In this document: piece by piece, positions 19,658 to 29,541 of the stretch
Numbering within the stretch: the stretch's first letter is position 1
Layout: each line of letters opens with the position of its first letter
NCBI GenBank assembly: GCA_963758635.1
Contig: CAVWWD010000006.1
Location: forward strand, 256,001-320,000
DNA from: an uncultured Candidatus Rokubacteria bacterium
Lineage (GTDB): Bacteria > Methylomirabilota > Methylomirabilia > Rokubacteriales > CSP1-6
Reading direction: 5' to 3'
Length of the DNA: 64,000 nucleotides
Notes under the pieces: model-generated
Databases searched by the model: none
Told to the model about the DNA's origin: nothing
Seen by the model: the letters and a program-made list of their open reading frames with translations, nothing else
Position numbers and translations under genes: made by a program

Positions 19658-21235
19658 TCACGTCGACGGCCGCCCGCGACGGAGCGCGCGGCCCGCGAGC
19701 ACGCCGGTGTGCCGCCCGCCGTCCACCACCACCTTGCCGTTGACGATCACGTAGTCGATGCCCACGGGGAACTGCTTGGGCTGGGTCCGCGTCGCCGGCG
19801 TCTTCACCGTCTTCGGGTCGAACACGACCACGTCGGCCTTGAAGCCGTCGCGCAGGAGGCCCCGGTCGGGCAGGCCCAGGCGCTGCGCGGGGAACGAGGT
19901 CATCTTGCGGATGGCGTCGGGCAGCGCCATGAAGCGCTCCTCCCGCACGAACTCGGAGAGGATGATCGGGAAGCACCCGTAGGTGCGCGGGCTCGGGAAG
20001 TCGCCGATCAGGAGCGCGTCGCTGCCCACCATGGACAGTGGGTGGCTCACGAACTTCGGCAGCGTGGCCAGGTTGCCGCCGGCGGAGACGTAGGACACCT
20101 CGAGGGCCTCGTCCACCAGGAGGTCGCACACCACGTCCACGGGATCGCGGTCCAGCATGTCCGCGGTCTGCTGGATGGAGCGTCCCTCGAAGCGATGGTT
20201 GGCCGGCTTGCGGAAGTTGGTCAGCCACATGTCGCCCCACGAGCTGGCGCGCGGCCCCATGTCCGCCCGCAGCTTCGCGCGGTTCCTCGGGTCGCGCAGC
20301 ACCTCGGTCAGCGTCTCGGGCCCGCCGGAGTGCGTCCACTGGGGCAGCAGGATCGTGAGGCGCGTGGACGAGAGGTTGTACGGGTAGCTGTCGAAGGTGA
20401 CGTTGAGGCCGGACTCCCGCGCGCCCTCCACCAGGTCGAGCATCCGGCTCGCCCCGCCCGGCGACGTGGTCCGATGGTAGAAGTGCGTGATGTGCACGGG
20501 CACGTCGCTGCCCCGGCCGATGTCGAGGGCCTCGCGGAACGGGTCCAGGAAGCGGTCGCCCAGGCTGTAGCGCACGTGGGTGTGGTAGATGCCGCCGAGT
20601 CGCGCCGCCTCGCGCGACAGCTCGGTGAGCTCCGCGGTGTCGGCGTAGCTGCCCGGCGGATAGTCCAGGCCGGTGGACATGCCGAACGCGCCCTCCTCCA
20701 TGGCCGTGCGGAGGAGCGCGCGCATGTTGGCCACCTCGTCGCGCGTGGCCGGCCGGTCGTCCCAGCCGAGCGCGCCGATGCGGAGCGGCGAGTTGCCCAC
20801 GATGTACACCACGTTGACGGCCACGCGCTGGCTGAACATGTCCAGGTACTGTTCGACGGTGGACCAGCGGCCGGGCAGCGGCGGGTTGCCGTCGAGGCCC
20901 GAGTTGATCTGCACGAAGCGCAGGAAGTCGTCGTGCGAGGAAAACGGCGCGTAGGAGTTCCCGTCCACCCCGATCAGCTCGGTGGTGACGCCCTGCCGCA
21001 CCTTGGCCTCGTGCTCGGGCTCGGCGAGGATCACGAGCCCGGAGTGCGCGTGCATGTCGATGAATCCCGGGCACACCACGTGCCCGGTGGCGTCGATGCG
21101 GCGCCCCGCCTCGATGGCGCGCGTGTCGCCGCGCAGCACGTGAACACGCTCGCCCTCGACGGCGATGTCGCCGTAGAAGCCCGGGTTGCCGGTGCCGTCG
21201 ACGACGAGGCCCCCGTGGATCAGCAGATCGACCAT
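19658..21235 (-). CDS. N-acyl-D-amino-acid deacylase
   Basis: PGFIDMHAHS, QGVTTEL, STGLDYPPG, AIRKMTSFPA. Confidence 0.9.
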   Translation of the reverse strand: MVDLLIHGGLVVDGTGNPGFYGDIAVEGERVHVLRGDTRAIEAGRRIDATGHVVCPGFIDMHAHSGLVILAEPEHEAKVRQGVTTELIGVDGNSYAPFSSHDDFLRFVQINSGLDGNPPLPGRWSTVEQYLDMFSQRVAVNVVYIVGNSPLRIGALGWDDRPATRDEVANMRALLRTAMEEGAFGMSTGLDYPPGSYADTAELTELSREAARLGGIYHTHVRYSLGDRFLDPFREALDIGRGSDVPVHITHFYHRTTSPGGASRMLDLVEGARESGLNVTFDSYPYNLSSTRLTILLPQWTHSGGPETLTEVLRDPRNRAKLRADMGPRASSWGDMWLTNFRKPANHRFEGRSIQQTADMLDRDPVDVVCDLLVDEALEVSYVSAGGNLATLPKFVSHPLSMVGSDALLIGDFPSPRTYGCFPIILSEFVREERFMALPDAIRKMTSFPAQRLGLPDRGLLRDGFKADVVVFDPKTVKTPATRTQPKQFPVGIDYVIVNGKVVVDGGRHTGVLAGRALRRGRPST

Positions 21236-21325
21236 GCGTGTGTCTCCTTCGGTTGGTCGAGATGCGCTCTGGACTCGCGGAGATCCTGGGACACCCACCG
21301 CGCCCCGTCAAGTCGCTCACACGTT

Positions 21326-21364
21326 CCCCTCTCCCCTCTTTGGGGAGAGGGCAGGGTGAGGGGC
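21326..21364 (-). repeat. BoxC-like REP element, copy 1 of 5
   Basis: Reverse complement of GCCCCTCACCCTGCCCTCTCCCC-loop-GGGGAGAGGG. Confidence 0.85.
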
Positions 21365-21410
21365 GGTGGCATGAGCACGCCGGTCGGGGCTCTTGTGGCA
21401 TGATGACGCA

Positions 21411-22472
21411 ATGAGCCCAGAACCGGAACGCCATCCTCTCGCCGCCGAGGCCAAGGGCCTCGTGCATCCCTGGCCCGAGCCGCCCGCCGGGGGCACCAGC
21501 ATCACCGTCGCGCCGGGCATCCAGTGGATCCGGATGCCTTTGCCCTTCGCCTTGGACCACATCAATCTGTGGCTGCTGGAGGACGAGGGCGGCGTCACCG
21601 TCGTGGACACCGGCGTGGGCCTCTCGCCCACGCGCGAGCTGTGGGAGAAGCTCTTCGCGACCGAGCTGGCCGAGCGTCCGATCGTGCGCGTGCTCGTCAC
21701 CCACTTCCACCCCGACCACATCGGCAATGCCGACTGGCTCGCCAGGCGCTTCGGCGTCCAGGTCTGGTGCCCGCAGGCGGAGTGGCTCATGTGCCAGCTC
21801 GCCTGGCAGGGCATGGGCGGCAACGACTCCGACAAGCGCATGAACCACTACCGGAAGAACGGCGTGGGCGAGGCGGAGGTCGAGGCGTTCCGCGAGCGTG
21901 GCAACCACTACCGCCAGCTCGTCCCCACCGTGACGCGGGAGTTCCGCGCCGTGCGCGAGGGCGACACGGTGACGATCGGCGGGCGCGGCTGGCGAGTCTT
22001 CACGGTGCTCGGCCACGCGCCCGAGCATGCGTGCCTCTACTGCGAGGAGGCGGGCGTCCTCATCTCCGGCGATCAGGTGCTGCCGAAGATCACCACCAAC
22101 GTGAGCGTGTGGCCGGACCAGCCGCACGCCAACCCCCTGCGCCTCTACCTCGTCTCGCTCGGACGCTTCCGGCCGCTCCCCGAGGACACGCTCGTGCTGC
22201 CCTCGCACGGGCTGCCCTTCCGCCGTCTCCACGTCCGCCTGGACTACCTCCGCCACCACCACGAGGAGCGGCTGGCCGACACCATGGCCGCGGTGGCCGA
22301 GCCGCGCACCGCCTCGGAGCTGGTGCCCGTGCTGTTCCGGCGCAAGCTCGACACGCACCAGCTCGGCTTCGCCATCGGCGAGACGCTAGCGCACCTCCAT
22401 TACCTGGAGGCGGACGGGCTGGCCGAGCGTCTCGTGGACGCGGCGGGCGTGCACCGGTTCAGGAAGGCGTGA
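21411..22472 (+). CDS. MBL-fold metallo-hydrolase
   Basis: THFHPDH, GHAPEH, SGDQVLPKITTN, LPSHG. Confidence 0.9.
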   Translation: MSPEPERHPLAAEAKGLVHPWPEPPAGGTSITVAPGIQWIRMPLPFALDHINLWLLEDEGGVTVVDTGVGLSPTRELWEKLFATELAERPIVRVLVTHFHPDHIGNADWLARRFGVQVWCPQAEWLMCQLAWQGMGGNDSDKRMNHYRKNGVGEAEVEAFRERGNHYRQLVPTVTREFRAVREGDTVTIGGRGWRVFTVLGHAPEHACLYCEEAGVLISGDQVLPKITTNVSVWPDQPHANPLRLYLVSLGRFRPLPEDTLVLPSHGLPFRRLHVRLDYLRHHHEERLADTMAAVAEPRTASELVPVLFRRKLDTHQLGFAIGETLAHLHYLEADGLAERLVDAAGVHRFRKA

Positions 22473-22504
22473 GGGGGCCGGCGTCCCGAGCGGACGTGTC
22501 TGCC

Positions 22505-22615
22505 GCCCCTCACCCTGCCCTCTCCCCAAGAGGGAGAGGGAAAGGCGCGGCGTGACAACGCACGAGGTTGTGTCGACCGCCCCTCACCCTGCCCTCTCCC
22601 CGGAGGGGAGAGGGG
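22505..22615 (+). repeat. BoxC-like REP elements, copies 2 and 3 (22505-22540, 22579-22615)
   Basis: Two GCCCCTCACCCTGCCCTCTCCCC...GGGAGAGGG units in one intergenic gap. Confidence 0.85.
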
Positions 22616-22616
22616 A

Positions 22617-23408
22617 ATGACAGACCGGGTCGTTGTCGTCACCGCCGGCGGCGCGGGCATCGGCGCGGCGACGGCGCGGCGGTTCGCGCGGCAGGGCGCC
22701 GCCGTGGTCGTGGCCGACATCAGCGGCAAGCGCGCGCAGGCGGTGGCCGGCGAGATCGCGGCGGCGGGCGGCCGCGTCTCGTGGCTCAAGATGGACGCCG
22801 CCGACCCCGAGGGCGTGCAGGCCACGGTGCGGCTCGCCGTGGACACGTACGGCCGTCTCGACGTGATGGTCAACAACGCCGGCCTCGCCGAGGTGGCGCC
22901 GCTCGACGAGATCACCCTCGAGGGCTGGAACCGCGTGCTCGCGGTCACGCTGACCAGCGTGTTCCTCGGCATGAAGTACTGCCTGCCCGTCATGCGCGCG
23001 CAGGGTGGCGGGGCCATCGTCAACACCGCGTCCATCTCGGGCACCGCCGGAGACTACGGGCTTTCCTCCTACAACGCGGCGAAGGCCGGCGTCATCAACC
23101 TCACGCGCTCGGCGGCGATCGAGAACGCGCGTCACGGGATCCGCGTGAACTGCGTGTGCCCCGGCACCATCGACACCCGCGCGCCCATCCTCCTGGGCGG
23201 CGACCGCGCGGACGAGATCCGGCGCGCCCAGGCCGGCGTCACGCCGCTCGGCCGCATGGGCGAGGCGGACGAGATCGCCGCCGCCATCGTGTTCCTCGCC
23301 TCCCCGGACGCCTCGTTCGTCACCGGCGCGTCGCTCGTGGCCGACGGGGGCCTCGTCGCCCACACCGGTCTGCCCCCGTTCCGCCCGCGAATGGCCGCGG
23401 AGCGGTAG
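22617..23408 (+). CDS. Short-chain dehydrogenase/reductase
   Basis: TAGGAGIG, NNAG, YNAAK. Confidence 0.93.
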   Translation: MTDRVVVVTAGGAGIGAATARRFARQGAAVVVADISGKRAQAVAGEIAAAGGRVSWLKMDAADPEGVQATVRLAVDTYGRLDVMVNNAGLAEVAPLDEITLEGWNRVLAVTLTSVFLGMKYCLPVMRAQGGGAIVNTASISGTAGDYGLSSYNAAKAGVINLTRSAAIENARHGIRVNCVCPGTIDTRAPILLGGDRADEIRRAQAGVTPLGRMGEADEIAAAIVFLASPDASFVTGASLVADGGLVAHTGLPPFRPRMAAER

Positions 23409-23421
23409 TACACTGCCCGCC

Positions 23422-25827
23422 GTGGAGACCAGCTCTCGCGAAGCGGATCGGAAAGACGTCGGCGGTATCGGCCGACACCCCACCGCATCGACCGGCATCG
23501 GCGCGTCCCCGCGCCGCAAGGAAGACCGCCGCCTCCTGGTCGGCGGCGGCCGCTACCTCGACGACATCGCGCGCGATGGCGCGCTGCACCTGGGCGTCGT
23601 GCGGAGTCTGCACGCCCACGCGCGCATCGTGAAGGTGGACGTGCGCGAGGCGCTGGCCCGGCCGGGCGTGCGCGCGGCGTGGAGCGCCGCCGACCTGCCC
23701 GACGTGGCGCGGCCGCTGCTGGCCGGCTCCGACGGCGCGCACAAGGGCCGCCCGTTCGCCGCCCCCGTCCTCGCCCGCGAGGTCGCGCGCTACGTGGGCG
23801 AGCCTGTCGCGGTCGTGGTGGCCGACGATCCGTACCGACTGGCCGACGCGCTCGAGACCGTTGCCGTCGAGTACGATCCCCTGCCCGCGCTGACCACGCC
23901 CGAGGCCGCGCTCACGTCCGCCACGCGGCTCCACGACGGCTGGCCGGACAACGGCGCCGTCCACGTGCGAGGATCCATCGGCGAGGCCGAGGCCGAGCTG
24001 GGGCGCGCCGACGTGGTCGTGGAGGAGACCCTCCGGCATCCACGGCTGGCCGGCGTGCCCATCGAGACGCGCGGCGCCCTCGCGTACGCGGACCCGGACA
24101 CCGGCCGCCTCGTCCTCTGGTCCTCCACGCAGAACCCGTACGCGATCCGCGACGCCGTCGCCCGCATCCTGGGGCGCGCCGCCGAGGAGATGCGCGTGAT
24201 GACGCCCGACGTGGGCGGCGGCTTCGGCCCGAAGGGCGCGCCGTATCCCGAGGAGGCCCTGGTCGCCGCCGCGGCCCTCCGCCTGGGCCGTCCCGTGAAG
24301 TGGGTGGAGACGCGCCGCGAGGACTTCCCCGCCCTCGGCCACGACCGCGACCAGGTGCACCGCGCCCGGATCGGGTTCCGCCGCGACGGGACCATCGCGG
24401 CCATCGACGACAGCTTCCTCGCCGACGTGGGCGCGTACCCCGCCCAGGGCAACGGCCTTACGCTGAACACGGTGAACCACCTGCCCGGCCCGTACCGCGT
24501 GGCGCACTACCGGAGCACGGGCACCAGCGTCGTCACCAACAAGACGCTCAACATGGCGTACCGCGCGGCGGGACGTCCGGAGGCGGTGTTCGTGATGGAG
24601 CGCCTGATGGACCTGGGCGCGCGGCGCCTCGGCCTCGATCCCGCCGAGATCCGGCGGAAGAACTTCGTGCGCCCCGCGGAGATGCCGTACCGCTCCGGCC
24701 TCACCTACAAGGACGGCGTGCCGATCGCCTACGACCCGGGCGACTTCCCCGCCGCGTTCGACCGCGCGCTCGAGCTGTTCGGGTATCGGGAGTGGCGAGC
24801 GCGCCAGGCCGCGCAGCCCGCGGGGCCGCGGCGGCTCGGCGTGGGGATCGCCTGCTACGCGCAGGGTACCGGGCTCGGGCCGTTCGAGGGCGCGACGGTG
24901 CGCGTGGACGCCACCGGGAAGGTCTACGTGCTCATCGGCGTCGCCGCCCAGGGCCAGGGCCACGCCACCACGCTCGCCCAGATCTGCGCCCAGGAGCTGG
25001 GCGCGGCCTTCGACGACGTGATCGTCACCGCGGGCGACACCATGCTCGTCCCCTTCGGCATGGGCACGGGCGGCAGCCGCGTCATGGCCAACGCGGGTCC
25101 CGCGGTGGCCCAGACCTCCCGGGACGTGCGCGAACGCGCCACGATCGTGGCCGCGGAGATGCTGGAGTGCGCGCCCGCCGACGTGCGGATCGAGGGGGGA
25201 CGCGCCTTCGTGGCCGGGCTGCCGGACCGGACCATCCCCCTCGGCCGGCTCGCCCAGGCCGCGGTGCGGTCGAAGGCGCTCAAGCCCACCGGTGAGCCGG
25301 GGCTCCACGCGTGCACGTACTTCTATCCCGACACCGTGACGTGGGCGTTCGGGACGCACGTCGCCGCCGTCGAGGTGGACGTGGAAAGCGCCGCGGTGAA
25401 GCTCCTCGCCTACGCGGTCGTGCACGATCCCGGCCGCGCGATCCACCCCGTGATCGTCGAGGGCCAGCTCCAGGGCGGCGCCGTCCAGGGGATCGGGGCC
25501 GGCCTCCTGGAGGAGATCGTCTACGACGACGCGGGGCAGCTCCTGACCGGGAGCTTCATGGACTACGCGATCCCGCGCGCCGACGACGTGCCGTCGATCC
25601 CGGTGGCTCTCACCGAGCACGCCTCGGTGATCAACCCGCTCGGGGTGAAGGGCGTGGGCGAGAGCGGGGCCATCCCCGGCGCCGCGGCCATCGCGAACGC
25701 GGTGGAGGACGCGGTGGCGGACCTCGGGGTCATCGTGCGCGAGACGCCGGTGACGTCGGCGCGCCTGCATGCCTGGATCGCCGCCGCGCGACGGGCCGCG
25801 GAGGCGTCGCCCGCCCGAGGCCGCTGA
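23422..25827 (+). CDS. Xanthine dehydrogenase/CoxL-like molybdopterin-binding large subunit
   Basis: RRKEDRRLL, DVGGGFGPK, AYRAAGRPEA, GQGHATT, KGVGESG; lacks the form I CODH motif AYxCSFR. Confidence 0.92.
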   Translation: METSSREADRKDVGGIGRHPTASTGIGASPRRKEDRRLLVGGGRYLDDIARDGALHLGVVRSLHAHARIVKVDVREALARPGVRAAWSAADLPDVARPLLAGSDGAHKGRPFAAPVLAREVARYVGEPVAVVVADDPYRLADALETVAVEYDPLPALTTPEAALTSATRLHDGWPDNGAVHVRGSIGEAEAELGRADVVVEETLRHPRLAGVPIETRGALAYADPDTGRLVLWSSTQNPYAIRDAVARILGRAAEEMRVMTPDVGGGFGPKGAPYPEEALVAAAALRLGRPVKWVETRREDFPALGHDRDQVHRARIGFRRDGTIAAIDDSFLADVGAYPAQGNGLTLNTVNHLPGPYRVAHYRSTGTSVVTNKTLNMAYRAAGRPEAVFVMERLMDLGARRLGLDPAEIRRKNFVRPAEMPYRSGLTYKDGVPIAYDPGDFPAAFDRALELFGYREWRARQAAQPAGPRRLGVGIACYAQGTGLGPFEGATVRVDATGKVYVLIGVAAQGQGHATTLAQICAQELGAAFDDVIVTAGDTMLVPFGMGTGGSRVMANAGPAVAQTSRDVRERATIVAAEMLECAPADVRIEGGRAFVAGLPDRTIPLGRLAQAAVRSKALKPTGEPGLHACTYFYPDTVTWAFGTHVAAVEVDVESAAVKLLAYAVVHDPGRAIHPVIVEGQLQGGAVQGIGAGLLEEIVYDDAGQLLTGSFMDYAIPRADDVPSIPVALTEHASVINPLGVKGVGESGAIPGAAAIANAVEDAVADLGVIVRETPVTSARLHAWIAAARRAAEASPARGR

Positions 25828-27700
25828 TGGACCTCGGCTTCGACGCGAAGCTGAAGTCCGCGTTCGAGCTGAGCCCCACCTTCCTCTGCGTCACCAGCCT
25901 CGCCGACGGCCGGATCCTCGAGGTGAACGACGCCTTCTGTCGCGTCACCCGCTACGCCCGCGAGGAGATGATCGGGCGCACCGTGCTCGAGCTGGGCCTG
26001 TGGGTGGACCCGGTTCAACGCGAGCAAGGGCTGGTGGCGCTCCGCGCCGGCAACGCGGTCCGCAACGTGGAGGCCCGCCTGCGCACGAAGGACGGCGACG
26101 TGCGCGTGATCATCATCGCCGCCGACATCGTCACCATCGACGGCGCGCCGTGCATCCTGAACGCCATGATGGACATCACCGACCGGACCCGCGCCGAGGC
26201 GGAGCTGCGCGCGAGCGAGCAGCGGTTCGCCCGCCTCTTCCACGGCAACCCGCTCCCGATGGCCATCACGCGCCTCGAGGACGACCGCTACCTGGACGTC
26301 AACCAGGCCGCTCCCGGGTCTGCGGCTACGCGCGCGAGGAGATGATCGGGCGGACGCGCCTCGAGCTGGGGCTGTGGGCGTGCCCGCCCAGCGCGAGGAG
26401 ATCGTCCGGCGCCTGCGCGCCGAGGGCCAGGCCCGCGACGTCGAGGCGACGTTCCGCATCCGGAGCGGCGAGCTGCGGCAGCTCGTGGTGAACGCCGAGA
26501 CCATCGCCTACCGCGGCGAGACGGCCGTGCTCAGCGTGTCGCTCGACATCACCGAGCGGAAGCAGGTCGAGGCGGAGGGCGAGGCGCGACGCGCGGAGGC
26601 CGAGGCGCTCACCCGGGCCAAGGACGAGTTCCTCGCCATGCTCGGCCACGAGCTCAGGAACCCGCTCGGCACCCTCACCAACGCGGTGGCCGTCCTGGAG
26701 CGTGTGACCCCGGACGAGAGCGCGCGGCGCGTGGTGGACATCGTGCGGCGCCAGACCGCGCACCTCACCCGCCTCGTGGATGACCTGCTGGACGTGGCGC
26801 GCGTGTCGTCGGGGAAGATCGACCTGCGGCTCGGACGGCAGGACCTGGGCGAGCTCGCGCGCCGCTCGGTGGACGGTCTCGCCCAGGCCGGGCGCACGCA
26901 AGAGCACGAGGTGACCGTGCACGGCGCGGGCGTCCCGATCCACGCCGATCCCGCGCGCATCGAGCAGGTGATCGCGAACCTCGTGGACAACGCGCTCAAG
27001 TACACGCCGGCCGGCGGCCGCATCAGCGTGCGCGTCGAGCGCGCGGGCGACCGCGCGGTGCTCCGCGTGCGCGACACCGGCAAGGGCTTCGCGCCCGACC
27101 TGCTGCCCCATGCGTTCGACGTGTTCGTGCAGGGACCGCAGGCGATCGACCGCGCGCGCGGCGGCCTCGGCCTGGGGCTCACGCTCGTGAAGCGGCTCGT
27201 GGAGCTGCACGGGGGCACGGTCGCGGCGGCCAGCGCCGGGCCGGGCCTCGGGAGCGAGTTCACGATGACGCTCCCGCTCCTCGTCCGAGGGCGACGGCGA
27301 CCGGCCGCCCCGCGGCGCGCTCCCCGCTCCCGGAGCGCGGTCGCCGCGCCGGGTGCTGGTCGTGGAGGACAGCGAGGATGCGCGCGAGAGCCTGCGGCTG
27401 CTCCTGACGATGGCCGGGCACGAGGTGAAGACCGCGGAGGACGGCCCGACCGGTCTCCTCATGCTCCAGTCCTTCCGTCCCGAGGTCGCGTTCGTGGACG
27501 TGGGGCTGCCCGGCATGGACGGCTACGAGCTGGCCCGGCTCGCGCGAAGCCTGCCCGCGACGCGCGGCACCCGCCTCGTCGCCCTCACCGGCTACGGACA
27601 GGCCGAGGATCGCCGCCGCGCGCTCGACGCGGGATTCGACGCCCACGTGGCGAAGCCCGTGGACCCGGGGACCATGGAGGACCTGCTGGGGAGCCGCTGA
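25827..27700 (+). CDS. PAS-PAS hybrid sensor histidine kinase with receiver domain, frameshifted
   Basis: Two PAS domains, FLAMLGHELRNPL, NLVDNALKY, GGLGLGL, receiver DVGLPGMDG / AKPVD. Confidence 0.9.
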
Positions 27701-27773
27701 CGGACGACGCCGGCGGTTCGGCGGGGACGGCCGGGCGGTTCGACGGATCGGCGCGGCCGGCCTGGCGCAGTAT

Positions 27774-28202
27774 TCACGAAGGTCGCGGTCCCGGGTCGCC
27801 GGTCAGAGCATTGAGAAACGCCCGTGGGGAGACGATCCGGATTCCCTGGAACACTTTCAAGCGCTGAAGATGCCGCTTGTCACCGGTCACGAGGAAATCG
27901 GCGCCGGCCGCGAGCGCGCACTCGAGGATCCGGTGATCCGGTTCGTGGGAGGTCACGTCTTGTAGCTTGCGCGTCGGCCTCACCAGCGCGGCGATCGTGG
28001 CCACCTCGGCGAGCGCCTCCCGGACATGGGCAGGCGGCCAGTCGAACGTCCGTCGGAGCACGGCCCGGAGTTCGCTCAGGATTTCCGGAGAGACGTACAG
28101 GTCGACGAGGCCCGCTCGCGCGAGGACGAGGACCTCCTCGCAGGTACCGCCGAAGACGATGGCCGAGACATAGACATTGGTGTCGGCGACGGCCCGGATC
28201 AC
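27774..28202 (-). CDS. PIN-domain toxin
   Basis: AVADTNVYVSA...DHRILECALAAGADFLVTGDKRHL. Confidence 0.9.
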   Translation of the reverse strand: MIRAVADTNVYVSAIVFGGTCEEVLVLARAGLVDLYVSPEILSELRAVLRRTFDWPPAHVREALAEVATIAALVRPTRKLQDVTSHEPDHRILECALAAGADFLVTGDKRHLQRLKVFQGIRIVSPRAFLNALTGDPGPRPS

Positions 28203-28456
28203 CGGGCGGCCCGGCGACGGCCGGCCCGCACCTTGTCGAGGAGGCGCTGGAGGTCTCTCTCGCTCTTCAAGCCGAGTCGGTCAGCGGTCTCCGCCCCCCA
28301 CCGCCGCAGCCGCTGCCATCGGCGGGAGGCTAGGTACTGGCGAAGCGCCTCCCGGATGAGGTCGCTGCGGCTCCGGTCCTCCTGCCGGGCCACGCGCTGC
28401 GTTTCGTCGAGCAGTTCCGCGGGCAGCGAGATCGTGATCAGCTTGGTCGCGCGCAT
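28199..28456 (-). CDS. Ribbon-helix-helix (CopG) antitoxin
   Basis: MRATKLITISLPAELL...RSRSDLIREALRQY; overlaps the PIN start. Confidence 0.88.
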   Translation of the reverse strand: MRATKLITISLPAELLDETQRVARQEDRSRSDLIREALRQYLASRRWQRLRRWGAETADRLGLKSERDLQRLLDKVRAGRRRAAR

Positions 28457-28470
28457 CCCCGTCTCCCGTG

Positions 28471-28488
28471 TGTTACGCAGTATTAACA
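28471..28488. promoter_or_regulatory. Candidate RHH operator upstream of the TA pair
   Basis: AT-rich inverted repeat TGTTA-N8-TAACA, 15 bp upstream of the antitoxin start; TTGACC nearby on the minus strand. Confidence 0.4.
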
Positions 28489-28739
28489 ACCTAGCATGGT
28501 CAAGAAGCCTAGGACCACAGGGTAGATTGCAGTAGGCGGGCTCGCTGGCCAGTCGCGCGGCGTCGCCAGCATGCTGCCGAGAGCCCCGATCGCGGCGGTG
28601 GCCGGGACGGTGAAAGAGCGAAAGAGCTACGGGCCAAGGCGGCCCAGCTGGGCTGGTGACGCTACGGGGGCTAACGGCTCGGCGACGGCGGACGGCCGCG
28701 TCGGTGGCGCCGGCCGGGCTGCGAGAAGGGTTCGCCCGA

Positions 28740-29477
28740 CTACCTGGCGGGGGGCGCCACGGAGACGCCCTTCGCTCCCGTCTTCTCGATGGCGCGGGCG
28801 ACGAGCCCGGAACCCTTCGCGTCCTCCACGACCCGACGGAGATAGGCGAGCCCGGCGTCCTTGCCCTTCGGCACGGCGATCGACTGCTGCACGCCCATGA
28901 AGCGCCCCTCGACGAGCCGCGAGCCGGGAAGCTTCGGGGCAAGGCCGGAGAGCGCCTGCACGAGGCCGGCGAGCGCGTCCACCTTGCCCGTCGCCAGGAG
29001 CTCGAACGCCGCGTCGCCTCCCTGGACGGACACGAGCTCGGCGCGCTTGAGGTTCCGCTTCAGGTAGAGCTCGTAGTTCGCGCGCGCGGGCGCGGCCACC
29101 TTCAGGCCCTCGCGATCCACCTCGGCCGCGGTGCGGAGCGTCGAGGTGCCCGGCACGAGGTACGTCGCCTCGATCTCGAGGTACGCCGCGGTGAAGCCCA
29201 TGAGCGCCTCGCGCGCCGGGTCCGAGCCGAGGAACGCGATGTCCCAGACGCCGCTGGGCGCGGCGTCGCCCATGATGGCCACGCTGTCGTAGGCGATGAT
29301 CTCCAGCGGCACGCCGAGCCGCCGGCTCACCTCGTTGGCGAGGTCGACGGCCACGCCGCGCGACTCGCCGGTGGCGCGGTCCTTCTGGGCGAGGATGAAG
29401 TTCCCGTAGTTGATCGCGGCGCGGAGCTTGCCCGTGGGTGCGAGGTCGGCGCGAACAGCCGGCGTGAGGTCACTCAT
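28740..29477 (-). CDS. Amino-acid ABC-type substrate-binding protein (family 3), stand-alone
   Basis: LAPTGKLRAAINYGN, GVAVDLA, WDIAF. Confidence 0.85.
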   Translation of the reverse strand: MSDLTPAVRADLAPTGKLRAAINYGNFILAQKDRATGESRGVAVDLANEVSRRLGVPLEIIAYDSVAIMGDAAPSGVWDIAFLGSDPAREALMGFTAAYLEIEATYLVPGTSTLRTAAEVDREGLKVAAPARANYELYLKRNLKRAELVSVQGGDAAFELLATGKVDALAGLVQALSGLAPKLPGSRLVEGRFMGVQQSIAVPKGKDAGLAYLRRVVEDAKGSGLVARAIEKTGAKGVSVAPPAR

Positions 29478-29541
29478 GGTCGAGCACGATAGCAGAATCG
29501 CCGCGACAAGTCCCGCCCCGATGCCGGCCGCGACCGCGCGG

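Noticed and set aside
18759..22358. 1199-aa ORF and other long Arg/Gly/Pro-rich ORFs (for example 11902..14448, 47048..49585, 46404..49058)
   Set aside because: These are alternative-frame or antisense read-through typical of very high GC DNA. Only embedded segments such as the PuuE-like and GAF-kinase parts are real.
23422..25827. Aerobic CO dehydrogenase (coxL form I)
   Set aside because: It lacks the AYxCSFR motif and adjacent coxS/coxM genes.
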